Shown here: positions 1-7,794 of the stretch, piece after piece
Layout: each line of letters begins with the position of its first letter
How positions within the stretch are numbered: the first letter of the stretch is position 1
Assembly: GCA_038058095.1 (NCBI GenBank)
Contig: JBBUBW010000009.1
Coordinates: forward strand, 1-50,042
From: Patescibacteria group bacterium
GTDB lineage: Bacteria; Patescibacteriota; Minisyncoccia; UBA6257; 2-01-FULL-56-20
Length of the DNA stretch: 50,042 bases
Direction of reading: 5' to 3'
Program-made: the position numbers and the translations under genes
The notes under the pieces: model-generated
Told to the model about the DNA's origin: nothing
Databases searched by the model: none
Seen by the model: the letters and a program-made list of their open reading frames with translations, nothing else

Positions 1-21
1 CGCCCCGCGCTACCCTATCTG

Positions 22-93
22 TCCCCCTGGAAGGAATCGGACCTTCGTCTTAGGTTTCGGAAACCTACATTCTATCCATTAAACTACAGGGGG
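22..93 (-). tRNA. tRNA-Arg (anticodon CCG), hand-folded
   Basis: The reverse complement folds as a cloverleaf. Acceptor CCCCCTG/CAGGGGG, D-arm GTTT-AATGGATA-GAAT, anticodon arm TAGGT-TTCCGAA-ACCTA, 4-nt variable loop, T-arm GAAGG-TCCGATT-CCTTC, discriminator A. No CCA is encoded. Confidence 0.7.
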
Positions 94-114
94 CTAATTC
101 ACGATTACTCCCCG

Positions 115-1233
115 CTATCTTATTACAAAATAATAGATTTCGTAAACCACTCCCAAAAGAAAAACTAAAGCCACTAAATAAATCAAAAATTTCTTCAGCC
201 GCCTCGGCTTTAACACTCTCTCTGAAACTACCGCTAAGAAAAAATACTGGGAGGCCAAAAAAATCCCCCCCACCATACTTACGGCGACCAAGAAATTTTT
301 TAGTCCGGCGAAAACCAAAATCAACGGCAAAAAAATAACCGCTACTAAGCTCCAAAATTTTGTTTTTCCTAAATCCTTAATTAATAAATTTTCCACCTCC
401 CTGCCAATCGGTAAATATGAAGTCCATAAAGCAAACAACCCAAAAACTCCCAACACGCCAAGCTTCGCGCTCGACCAATTTCCCAAACCCGAAATCGTAT
501 CGGGCGTTATTGCGCTCGCCGAGTTAAAAATCGCCAGCACAAAAAATAGATACACGAGCGCCGCGGCGTATGTGGCAAAAACAAATTGCAATCCCCGTTT
601 TGCAAAATTCATCCCCATCGAGTGCTTTTTATAAGAATCATAAATCGGTTCAATCGCCGTCCATCCGGCTAAAGAAAAAAGAATCGCTCCAAAAGGCAAA
701 AATAAATTTCCGAAGTCAAAATCTTTAACCTGCGTCACGATCGGAGACGATAAGGCGCTTGCGAATATTAAACCCACAATTAAAACCATCAATATCCCGC
801 CCATAAGCTCTAACTTCACTATCCTCTTTAAACTAAAAATCAGCGGCAAAGAACTTGCCGCCCAAAAAATTAGAATCCCGATATTCTCCCCTAATCCAGG
901 AAATACAACTCCTAAAAATTTTCCCCCCAGAATAAGAAAAGCTACTAGCGCGAATATTAAACCCCCCAGAACCGAGACCAAAGCTAGTCCGAAACTAAAA
1001 TTCCCCAACTTTGCTTTTATTAATCCCAAAAGTCGCTTCTTTCCATCTTCCTTAAACAACACTCGCCAATAAAGCAAGTGGACCGTCGCCACTAACCCGC
1101 TAAAAATCAATAAATAAAACAAACTTATCACCCACCCTGATTCTCGAAAAACATAAGGCAAAACAAAAATCCCCGCCCCGATGGTAGTCGCTAAAATCAT
1201 CCCTAAATCCTTAAAAAAATTCTTAAAGCTCAT
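115..1233 (-). CDS. polytopic membrane protein, amino-acid permease-like
   Basis: 372-aa ORF that is hydrophobic throughout, with about 10-11 predicted helices. The N-terminal TTIGAGIFVLP segment resembles amino-acid/aromatic amino-acid permeases. Family assigned by eye only. Confidence 0.5.
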   Translation of the reverse strand: MSFKNFFKDLGMILATTIGAGIFVLPYVFRESGWVISLFYLLIFSGLVATVHLLYWRVLFKEDGKKRLLGLIKAKLGNFSFGLALVSVLGGLIFALVAFLILGGKFLGVVFPGLGENIGILIFWAASSLPLIFSLKRIVKLELMGGILMVLIVGLIFASALSSPIVTQVKDFDFGNLFLPFGAILFSLAGWTAIEPIYDSYKKHSMGMNFAKRGLQFVFATYAAALVYLFFVLAIFNSASAITPDTISGLGNWSSAKLGVLGVFGLFALWTSYLPIGREVENLLIKDLGKTKFWSLVAVIFLPLILVFAGLKNFLVAVSMVGGIFLASQYFFLAVVSERVLKPRRLKKFLIYLVALVFLLGVVYEIYYFVIR

Positions 1234-1487
1234 TCGTTGGCCTCGAAAACTAAATCGCCTTCCCTGACTTTTTTAGACACTTTAATCCCCACTTCTTGCC
1301 CCTTCTTCGCTTCCACTACTGGCTTATGGTCATACTGCATCGACTTTATTGTTTCTCCGAAATCCGTCGTCGCCCCCTTAAAAGAAACCTTAATGCCCGG
1401 CTTAACTGCTTTTTTGAACTTCACAATCGCCACTTCTATATTTGAGTAGAAGTGAGTTACTTCTCCGATAGGTTTTGGTTCCGCCAT
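1230..1487 (-). CDS. small beta-barrel protein resembling EF-Tu domain 2 (translation-factor-like)
   Basis: 85-aa ORF with a KKGQEVGIKV...EGD pattern like translation-factor domain II. Its stop overlaps the permease start (ATGA), which suggests translational coupling. Confidence 0.4.
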   Translation of the reverse strand: MAEPKPIGEVTHFYSNIEVAIVKFKKAVKPGIKVSFKGATTDFGETIKSMQYDHKPVVEAKKGQEVGIKVSKKVREGDLVFEANE

Positions 1488-1517
1488 AGTTATATATAAA
1501 AACCTAAGCGACCTTTA

Positions 1518-1576
1518 CCCCTGTACTAATTAAGGAACTTGTTTTTGAACCCTTAATTCCTTAATTAGTTCGGGGG
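1518..1576. repeat. CCCCGTAC-family hairpin H1
   Basis: Arms CCCCTGTACTAATTAAGGAA and TTCCTTAATTAGTTCGGGGG. The 9-bp direct repeat TTTACCCCT occurs at 1514-1522 and 1577-1585. Confidence 0.6.
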
Positions 1577-1601
1577 TTTACCCCTAAACTTTCATTTAAA
1601 G

Positions 1602-2222
1602 TTACGCCTCCTTTTCCTGCTCTTTTATTAAAGCTACCACTTTATCAAGCAACTTCGCCGGATCGCTCTCGAAAACTATCTTCCCTAAACCGCGGTGAGA
1701 CTCTTTCACTATTCCTTCAAGCATATCTGCCGCTCCTCCCGTGCCAGTCAAAACTCCTTGAACCTTATGGTCCTCAAAAGCGATAGTAAATTCATTTAAG
1801 GTTCCCATCCGCCCGCATACCGTAATTACCGCATCCGCCGCCCTTGTAAGAATCAAATTTCTCCCCGAATACTCAAAGCCGGTATAAATAATTAAATCAT
1901 GGTAATCAGTCGGCAGATGGTAGGTTTTTATATGAGCCGCTCTAGACGAAGCCGGAGAAAAACCGATTACAATCCCACCCGCCTGCTTAGCTCCTTTAGC
2001 TCCCCAATAAGGCAACCCCGTAGTCGCCCCTGTAACTAAAATCATATCCCGTTCGGCGATTAATCTTCCGAGCTCTTCGGCCTTCTCCTCACTATCCGGA
2101 GCGCAATGTCCCGTCTCGGCCGCCCCTGAAATGCAAATTTTATACTTAGGTTGGTAAATCGGAATGGTGTGATTTCTAAAACTTAAAATTTCCTTTTTTG
2201 GCTCTTTTTTTGATATTGGCAT
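1602..2222 (-). CDS. TIGR00725/LOG-like Rossmann-fold protein
   Basis: 206 aa. The segments ISGAAETG...VTGATTGLPYWGAKGAKQAGG...GFSP...GRMGTLNE are typical of the TIGR00725 / lysine-decarboxylase-like (LOG) family. Confidence 0.6.
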   Translation of the reverse strand: MPISKKEPKKEILSFRNHTIPIYQPKYKICISGAAETGHCAPDSEEKAEELGRLIAERDMILVTGATTGLPYWGAKGAKQAGGIVIGFSPASSRAAHIKTYHLPTDYHDLIIYTGFEYSGRNLILTRAADAVITVCGRMGTLNEFTIAFEDHKVQGVLTGTGGAADMLEGIVKESHRGLGKIVFESDPAKLLDKVVALIKEQEKEA

Positions 2223-2223
2223 A

Positions 2224-2354
2224 CCGGGTAGTAGAAATTCGACTAATTAATTTACGACTTTTTATATTTTACAAAACATTATCACTATATTCTTTTGCGG
2301 AGTAGTAAGATGTTAACTTATAACTTTCGGCACAGTCGAATTTTCACTACCCGG
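2224..2354. repeat. CCCCGTAC-family long inverted repeat H2
   Basis: Left arm CCGGGTAGTAGAAATTCGAC (2224-2243), right arm GTCGAATTTTCACTACCCGG (2335-2354). 18 of 20 positions are complementary, with a 91-nt spacer. The element abuts the start codon at 2222. Confidence 0.6.
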
Positions 2355-2371
2355 CATAATTTAATTATAAC

Positions 2372-3730
2372 CTACAAATCAAACTCCTGCCCATAACTCG
2401 GGATCTCAGTATGCACCGCAAGATCGTCCCGAATTATTTGAGCTAAAGCTTCACTCGCGCCTTCTTCGCCCTGAACCACAAAAACTTTTTCTAAAGCCAC
2501 TCGCGCCGGCCTAATCCACTCCACTAATTTTGGCTGATCGGCATGCGCTGAATAACCACTAATCAGTTTGATTTTGCACCGCACCGCCACCTCTTCTCCA
2601 AAAATCCTTACCTTTTTAGCTCCGTCTAAAAGCTGCCTCCCGAGCGATCCCTTCCCTTGGTAGCCGACAATCAAAAGCATACTATGGGGATCGGGAAGAT
2701 ATCTTTGCTCATGATGCAAAATCCTCCCGCCGTGGGACATCCCCGACCCAGCGATTACCACCTTCGGTGGTTGAACATCATTGATACTCTTAGATTCTTC
2801 GGTAGTGAGTGTAAAGTGAAGTCCGGGAAAATCCAGAATATCATCTCCTCCTTTAATCATCGCCGAAACCGCCGGATTAAATTGTTTGCGATATTTCTTA
2901 TAAATTTCGGTCAAATGAATAGCGAGAGGGCTATCAATATAAACCGGCACTTTCGGTATCCTTCCTCCCTCAACCAACTCATTTAATTCAAATAGAAGTT
3001 GCTGGGTCCTCTCCATTGCAAAAGCGGGAACCACCAGCGTCCCTCCGGACTTAACTGTTTCTTCAATCGCATCCTCAAGTTCCTCTCGTCTTTTATCTAC
3101 ATTCGCATGCACTCGATCTCCGTAAGTCGATTCGATAACGCAATAATTCGCCTCAGGAATTTCCTCGGTTGTTTTAATAATTGGCGCCGGATAATTCCCG
3201 AGATCGCCGGAAAAAACAATCGTCTTTCCTTCGGCAGTTATTTTTATAAAAGCCGATCCTAAAATATGCCCAGCATCAAAAAACTCCGCGCTCACCCCTT
3301 TAAGATCGAGAAGGGCGTGATAATCTACCCCTTCCCAAAGTTTCATCAGATGACTTATATCTTGTTCGTCATAAAGTAAAGGCGCCCTCTCACGATCCGC
3401 CTCTTTCGCTAATAAGTGCTCGGAATCAAGGAGCATTAATTCCGCGAAATCTCGAGTTGCGGCGGTTGAAAAAACCCGCCCCCTAAAACCCGCCTTAACC
3501 AGCTTCGGCAAAAGACCGATATGGTCCACGTGGGAATGGGTGATTAAAACAAAATCAACTTCTTGAGGGTTATAAGGAAAAGGTTCAAAATTTTTATGCT
3601 CTGCAAAATTACCTCCTTGGTGCAATCCGCAATCGACCATTATCTTCACGCGACTGTCTACCACTTGTGCCTCTAAAAAATAATTCACGCCCGTTACCGT
3701 CCCCGCCCCTCCATAAAAAGTTAGTTTCAT
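2372..3730 (-). CDS. MBL-fold beta-CASP RNA-processing hydrolase (RNase J/CPSF-like)
   Basis: 452 aa with the HSHVDH metallo-beta-lactamase motif and a C-terminal beta-CASP-like region (SGYSAHADQ). Confidence 0.7.
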   Translation of the reverse strand: MKLTFYGGAGTVTGVNYFLEAQVVDSRVKIMVDCGLHQGGNFAEHKNFEPFPYNPQEVDFVLITHSHVDHIGLLPKLVKAGFRGRVFSTAATRDFAELMLLDSEHLLAKEADRERAPLLYDEQDISHLMKLWEGVDYHALLDLKGVSAEFFDAGHILGSAFIKITAEGKTIVFSGDLGNYPAPIIKTTEEIPEANYCVIESTYGDRVHANVDKRREELEDAIEETVKSGGTLVVPAFAMERTQQLLFELNELVEGGRIPKVPVYIDSPLAIHLTEIYKKYRKQFNPAVSAMIKGGDDILDFPGLHFTLTTEESKSINDVQPPKVVIAGSGMSHGGRILHHEQRYLPDPHSMLLIVGYQGKGSLGRQLLDGAKKVRIFGEEVAVRCKIKLISGYSAHADQPKLVEWIRPARVALEKVFVVQGEEGASEALAQIIRDDLAVHTEIPSYGQEFDL

Positions 3731-3807
3731 AAATGTAAATCTATTCTATCACTTCCAAAGCAATCTTAAAACACATTCGAGAAATATCCTCAAAAAAACA
3801 GCCCCGG

Positions 3808-5019
3808 TTAATTTTGAAGTGCGCTCCGTGCTGTCTCGCCATCGCTCCACACCACCCTCTCTCCTCCGGCCATATGAATAAAGGGCTCGCTTCCTTTCCC
3901 GGTTATAACTACAACATCCCCCTCCTTCGCTAAATTTATCGCCTTCTTAATCGCTTCTCCCCTATCCAAAGTTTCAGAAACTTTTCCGTCATCTATTCCG
4001 GATTTTACATCCAATAAAATCTTCCGAGGATCCTCGTCATAAGGATCTTCATTAGTTAAAATTATCTCCGAGCAAAACTTTTGAGCGAGCGCCCCCATTT
4101 CCGCTCTCTTCCACTTATCGCGACCTCCGCCAGCCGAACCCAACACACAAATCAGTTTCCCTTTCGCTAAATTTTTTAGGTTCACATAAACCTTCTCTAA
4201 ACTCGCCGGCGTGTGCGCATAATCCACCACCACTGAAAAAGGATCTCTCTGAACAAACTCCATCCTTCCCGGCACTCCTGAAAATTTTAACCCTGCATCA
4301 CGAATCACTTCATTAGATACACGAAGGCTTTCTGCCACGGCCACTGCCGCCGCTAAATTTTCTTTATTAAAATCACTAGAAAATAAATAATGAATATTGT
4401 CAACAGAAGGAAAAATTTTCCTTAGGTCACTCTTTGAATAAAATTTTACTCGCTCCCCTTCATTTTTAAATTGGCTTTCAAAAAAATCCGCGCTCACATC
4501 ATCGCGATTAAAAAAAAGTTGGGCTTTTTGACTAAAAGCATATTTCAAAAAACTCAGCTTTGCCTCTCTATATTTTTCAAAAGATCCGTGAGACTCGATA
4601 TGCTCCGAAGCCAGATTAGTTAAAACCGCCATTCGCCAATTTACAAATCGATGCCTCGAAAAAACCACTCCCTCTGAAGTTACCTCGACTAGAGCATACC
4701 GACACCGAGCCTTAACGGCCCGCCTCAAAAATTTTTGGACAAACATCCTCCCTGGCATAGTATTGTTGGTTAAATTCTTTTCTTGACTATCGCCTACTCT
4801 AAAATAAAGAGAAGACAACACCGCCACTCTCTCTCCATTCGCTGTTAGAATATTATTCAAGACCTCAAGCATTGTTGTCTTCCCTTTTGTTCCGGTTACA
4901 CCGATTACGAAAATTTTTCGGCTCGGAAACAGATAAATCAACACTCCCAATAATGCCAATCCAAAATGATAACCCCGAACGATAAATTTAATTTTCCGTA
5001 AAAAATTCAAAAAAGCCAT
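3808..5019 (-). CDS. murE: Mur ligase family protein, MurE-like
   Basis: GVTGTKGKTT P-loop, an NTMPG motif (compare MurE TTPE) and TNEDPYDEDP (compare MurE DNPRxEDP). The ATG at 5019 is preferred over the TTG at 5091 because the palindromic repeat lies at 5057-5074. Confidence 0.6.
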   Translation of the reverse strand: MAFLNFLRKIKFIVRGYHFGLALLGVLIYLFPSRKIFVIGVTGTKGKTTMLEVLNNILTANGERVAVLSSLYFRVGDSQEKNLTNNTMPGRMFVQKFLRRAVKARCRYALVEVTSEGVVFSRHRFVNWRMAVLTNLASEHIESHGSFEKYREAKLSFLKYAFSQKAQLFFNRDDVSADFFESQFKNEGERVKFYSKSDLRKIFPSVDNIHYLFSSDFNKENLAAAVAVAESLRVSNEVIRDAGLKFSGVPGRMEFVQRDPFSVVVDYAHTPASLEKVYVNLKNLAKGKLICVLGSAGGGRDKWKRAEMGALAQKFCSEIILTNEDPYDEDPRKILLDVKSGIDDGKVSETLDRGEAIKKAINLAKEGDVVVITGKGSEPFIHMAGGERVVWSDGETARSALQN

Positions 5020-5056
5020 TAGTTGAATAATAATCGAAAAACAGCAATAAACAAAA

Positions 5057-5074
5057 ATGTTTAGCGCTAAACAT
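5057..5074. repeat. palindrome ATGTTTAGCGCTAAACAT, copy 1
   Basis: Perfect 18-bp palindrome, 22 bp with flanks. The 13 nt upstream (AATAAACAAAAAT...) are shared with copy 2. Confidence 0.9.
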
Positions 5075-5095
5075 TTATCCTCAACGAACAAGAAT

Positions 5096-5674
5096 TTACT
5101 TCGCCTTACCTGAAAGAATTTTTAAGGCCTCCTTAACTTTATCTTCTATTTTCAGTGAAGTATCTAATTTAGAAACGGCCAATCTGACTTGATCTCTTCT
5201 GTAGCCCAAACCCAAAAGAATATCCACTACCTCATTATTTGATTCCATTCCAATAACATCCGCGGAGTCTCCACTTACTCCAACGCGGCTCTTAAGTTCG
5301 AGGACTATTCTATCTGCTAATTTTTTACCAATGCCAACCGACTGTGCCAAAAGGTCAGCCCGCCCGGATCTTATAGCTGCCAAAATATCCTTTGGCCCGG
5401 AAGCATTCATAATCGCCATAGCTGATTTCGGACCAACCCCATTCACTAAATTCAAAAAGTCGAAAACCGAAAGCTCCTCCTGATCCAAAAAACCATAAAG
5501 ATCAACTTTATCTTCTTTTAAATAAAAATGAGTAAAAAGTCTTACTTGATCTCCTTCCTTTAATTGCGAAATTATCCGCTGAGGACAGGAGACCTTAAAT
5601 CCAATCCCGCCGACATCAACCACAACAAAACCCTGTTTTATAAATGAAATTTTACCGGCCAAACTATAAATCAT
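5096..5674 (-). CDS. ruvA: Holliday junction branch-migration complex subunit RuvA
   Basis: 192 aa. The N-terminus MIYSLAGKI...VVVDVGGIGFKV and the HhH region are typical of RuvA. Confidence 0.9.
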   Translation of the reverse strand: MIYSLAGKISFIKQGFVVVDVGGIGFKVSCPQRIISQLKEGDQVRLFTHFYLKEDKVDLYGFLDQEELSVFDFLNLVNGVGPKSAMAIMNASGPKDILAAIRSGRADLLAQSVGIGKKLADRIVLELKSRVGVSGDSADVIGMESNNEVVDILLGLGYRRDQVRLAVSKLDTSLKIEDKVKEALKILSGKAK

Positions 5675-5719
5675 TACCTAGAAATTATAAACCATTTTAC
5701 CTAATAGTAATAAACAAAA

Positions 5720-5737
5720 ATGTTTAGCGCTAAACAT
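5720..5737. repeat. palindrome ATGTTTAGCGCTAAACAT, copy 2
   Basis: Perfect copy in the ruvA/yraN divergent intergenic region. Confidence 0.9.
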
Positions 5738-5802
5738 TGGCTTTATAATCAGAAGCCAATAAGCCCGTAAAACCTACCTTTTATGAAATTCTAGTCAAAA
5801 TA

Positions 5803-5820
5803 ATGTTTCGCGCTAAACAC
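5803..5820. repeat. palindrome, degenerate copy 3 (ATGTTTCGCGCTAAACAC)
   Basis: Two mismatches to the consensus. It lies 83 bp from copy 2. Confidence 0.75.
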
Positions 5821-5883
5821 TCGAAAATTTGGCCAATTGAATAACATTGGAAAATAAGGGTTTTTCCCAAAATTGAGAAAAGA

Positions 5884-5901
5884 ATGTTTAGCGCTAAACA
5901 T
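5884..5901. repeat. palindrome ATGTTTAGCGCTAAACAT, copy 4
   Basis: Perfect copy (22-bp palindrome GAATGTTTAGCGCTAAACATTC). It lies 81 bp from copy 3 and 36 bp upstream of the yraN start. Confidence 0.9.
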
Positions 5902-5936
5902 TCCAAAGAACCTGTTTTAGATATAAAATCAATAAA

Positions 5937-6353
5937 ATGACTAAATCAGGAAAACATATAGAAACTGGAAAAATAGGAGAATCGATCGCAGAAAGTTTTT
6001 TAAAAAAACTTGGGTACGTTATTATCACTAGAAACTACAGAAAACCGTGGGGAGAAATAGATATCATCTCTTGGTCTCCAAATAAAACGCTTACCTTCAT
6101 AGAAGTTAAGGCAATAAAAACTAAACAGCAGAATCCGGCAATATTTGCCGAATTAACTCCAGAGGACAATCTAACCACATCCAAATTAAGGAAACTTCGA
6201 AAAATATGCGAAGGATTCGCTAATCAAAATCCAGACCTTATAAACGAGAAAAGGGGATGGCAAATAGATCTTGTCGCTATAAATTTTTCTGGCGAACCCA
6301 TATTGACAGAAAATGATAAAAATTACATAATAAGACATTACAAAAATATTTAG
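5937..6353 (+). CDS. yraN: YraN family (UPF0102) endonuclease-like protein
   Basis: 138 aa. The segment GKIGESIAESFLKKLGYVIITRNYR...GEIDII matches the YraN pattern. Confidence 0.75.
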   Translation: MTKSGKHIETGKIGESIAESFLKKLGYVIITRNYRKPWGEIDIISWSPNKTLTFIEVKAIKTKQQNPAIFAELTPEDNLTTSKLRKLRKICEGFANQNPDLINEKRGWQIDLVAINFSGEPILTENDKNYIIRHYKNI

Positions 6354-6428
6354 TTCCTCGACCCTTAAAGTTATTCTATAATTCTTTTATCTCTCTTTTA
6401 ATAAAATCTCATAAAAAAATTAAAACTT

Positions 6429-6974
6429 ATGTCTGGTCATAATAAGTGGTCGCAAATCAAACACCAAAAAGAAACTGCCGATCAAAAACGCGGCCAGCTT
6501 TTTTCGAAACTGCTCAATAGCGTTGCCCTCGCCGCGCGCATTAATCCCAATCCGAGTTCTAATCTTGAATTACAAACGGCTATCAAAAAAGCCAAAGACT
6601 CGAATGTCCCGCTCGAAAATATCGAAAGGGCCCTAAAAAAAGCAACAGAGAAAAGCGAAGACTTAGAAGAGTTGGTTATGGAGGCTTACGGCCACGGCGG
6701 AGTCGCCATCCTCATCGAAGCCATCACTGACAATAAAAACAGAACTGTCGCCGAAATAAAAAAAATCTTAAACGACGAAGGAGGCAAATGGGCCGAAGCT
6801 GGCAGCGTCCGTTGGACGTTTGAAGAGAACCGCGCAGGAAAAGGGGATAGGTGGAAAGCCAAATTCCCTCAAATTATTTCTGCGGACGATGTAGAAAAAT
6901 TAAATCACTTAGTTGGCGCCCTCGAAAATCACGCCGATATCCAAAAAGTTTATACCACCTCGAACGCGCAATGA
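6429..6974 (+). CDS. YebC/PmpR family DNA-binding regulator (short form)
   Basis: N-terminus MSGHNKWSQIKHQK...KRGQLFSKL is diagnostic of YebC. At 181 aa it is shorter than I recall for this family. Confidence 0.8.
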   Translation: MSGHNKWSQIKHQKETADQKRGQLFSKLLNSVALAARINPNPSSNLELQTAIKKAKDSNVPLENIERALKKATEKSEDLEELVMEAYGHGGVAILIEAITDNKNRTVAEIKKILNDEGGKWAEAGSVRWTFEENRAGKGDRWKAKFPQIISADDVEKLNHLVGALENHADIQKVYTTSNAQ

Positions 6975-6987
6975 AAATTTTAACTCT

Positions 6988-7455
6988 ATGATAATCCTCG
7001 GCATCGATCCCGGTTACAAGCGTATCGGCTACGGCATTATTGAAAATCACTCTAATCAATTTAAACTTATTAAAGCTGGTTTACTAAAAATTCCAGCAGG
7101 GGACTCTGCTAAAACCGCTTCTTCAGTCAGTCTGGAAATTAAAAATTTAATCGATAAATTTAAGCCCAATCTCCTTGCTCTGGAAAAACTTTATTTTTCG
7201 AAAAATCAAAAAACAGCCCTAAAAGTTGCGGAAATGAGAGGAGTCATCGCTCTCGCCGCCACCGAGAAAGGCCTCCCCATAAAAGAATTTACTCCGAACG
7301 AAATTAAGTCCGGCATCGCCGGTTACGGATTAGCCGACAAAAAAGCGGTTGCCAAAATGGTTCGCCTCACTCTTAATGAACCCTCTCTTCGTGTTTTAGA
7401 CGACGTAAGCGACGCCCTCGCCGCCGCCATAGTCGCCTCTTACCAAAAGTTTTAG
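6988..7455 (+). CDS. ruvC: crossover junction endodeoxyribonuclease RuvC
   Basis: MIILGIDPGYKRIGYG N-terminus and C-terminal DDVSDALAAA. The internal ATG at 6988 is preferred to the track start at 6913, which overlaps yebC. Confidence 0.9.
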   Translation: MIILGIDPGYKRIGYGIIENHSNQFKLIKAGLLKIPAGDSAKTASSVSLEIKNLIDKFKPNLLALEKLYFSKNQKTALKVAEMRGVIALAATEKGLPIKEFTPNEIKSGIAGYGLADKKAVAKMVRLTLNEPSLRVLDDVSDALAAAIVASYQKF

Positions 7456-7485
7456 CTTCGAATCTTTTGTTGATAAACTTGGGGG

Positions 7486-7513
7486 TTGACAAGAAATAAT
7501 ATTAAAATATACT
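7486..7513 (+). promoter_or_regulatory. candidate sigma70-type promoter (TTGACA-16 nt-TATACT)
   Basis: TTGACA at 7486-7491 and TATACT at 7508-7513. Seen directly in the sequence. Confidence 0.5.
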
Positions 7514-7562
7514 TCTGCTAAACCAAATATAAACTCCCAAAGGTCGGGGAAAATACCTGTCT

Positions 7563-7700
7563 ATGGTAAGCGAACTCAAAAAAATAAGCCTCTCAAACTG
7601 GAACGACGAAGATGAAGAGAATATTGAGCTCGATCTCAATGATGATTCAGAAGAAGAGGAGCTCCTTGGAGAAGAAGGGAGCCCGGAAGAAAGCATATAA
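7563..7700 (+). CDS. 45-aa highly acidic small protein (hypothetical)
   Basis: Translation MVSELKKISLSNWNDEDEENIELDLNDDSEEEELLGEEGSPEESI. It sits between the candidate promoter and a strong terminator. It is below the ORF-track length cutoff, and only its antisense frame is listed there. Confidence 0.35.
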   Translation: MVSELKKISLSNWNDEDEENIELDLNDDSEEEELLGEEGSPEESI

Positions 7701-7730
7701 ACCCTCTCTCGTTGTTGTTTAAGTAGGCTC

Positions 7731-7763
7731 AAAACAAGCCCCGCCTAGGCGGGGCTTGTTTTG
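7731..7763 (+). terminator. rho-independent terminator, potentially bidirectional
   Basis: Sequence AAAACAAGCCCCGCC-TA-GGCGGGGCTTGTTTT. It forms a 10-bp GC-rich stem flanked by an A-run and a T-run. Confidence 0.75.
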
Positions 7764-7794
7764 TAATCACACTTTGATTGATAATTATCTTACT

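Noticed and set aside
5057-5901. Possible CRISPR array, because of repeated 18-22 bp units
   Set aside because: There are only four copies. Spacing is irregular (663, 83 and 81 bp), with a full gene (ruvA) between copies 1 and 2. The units are perfect palindromes, and no cas genes are in the window.
7502-7732. 76-aa minus-strand Ser-rich ORF
   Set aside because: It is a low-complexity translation antisense to an acidic plus-strand ORF. The plus-strand ORF has a matching promoter and terminator, and there are no signals for the minus strand.
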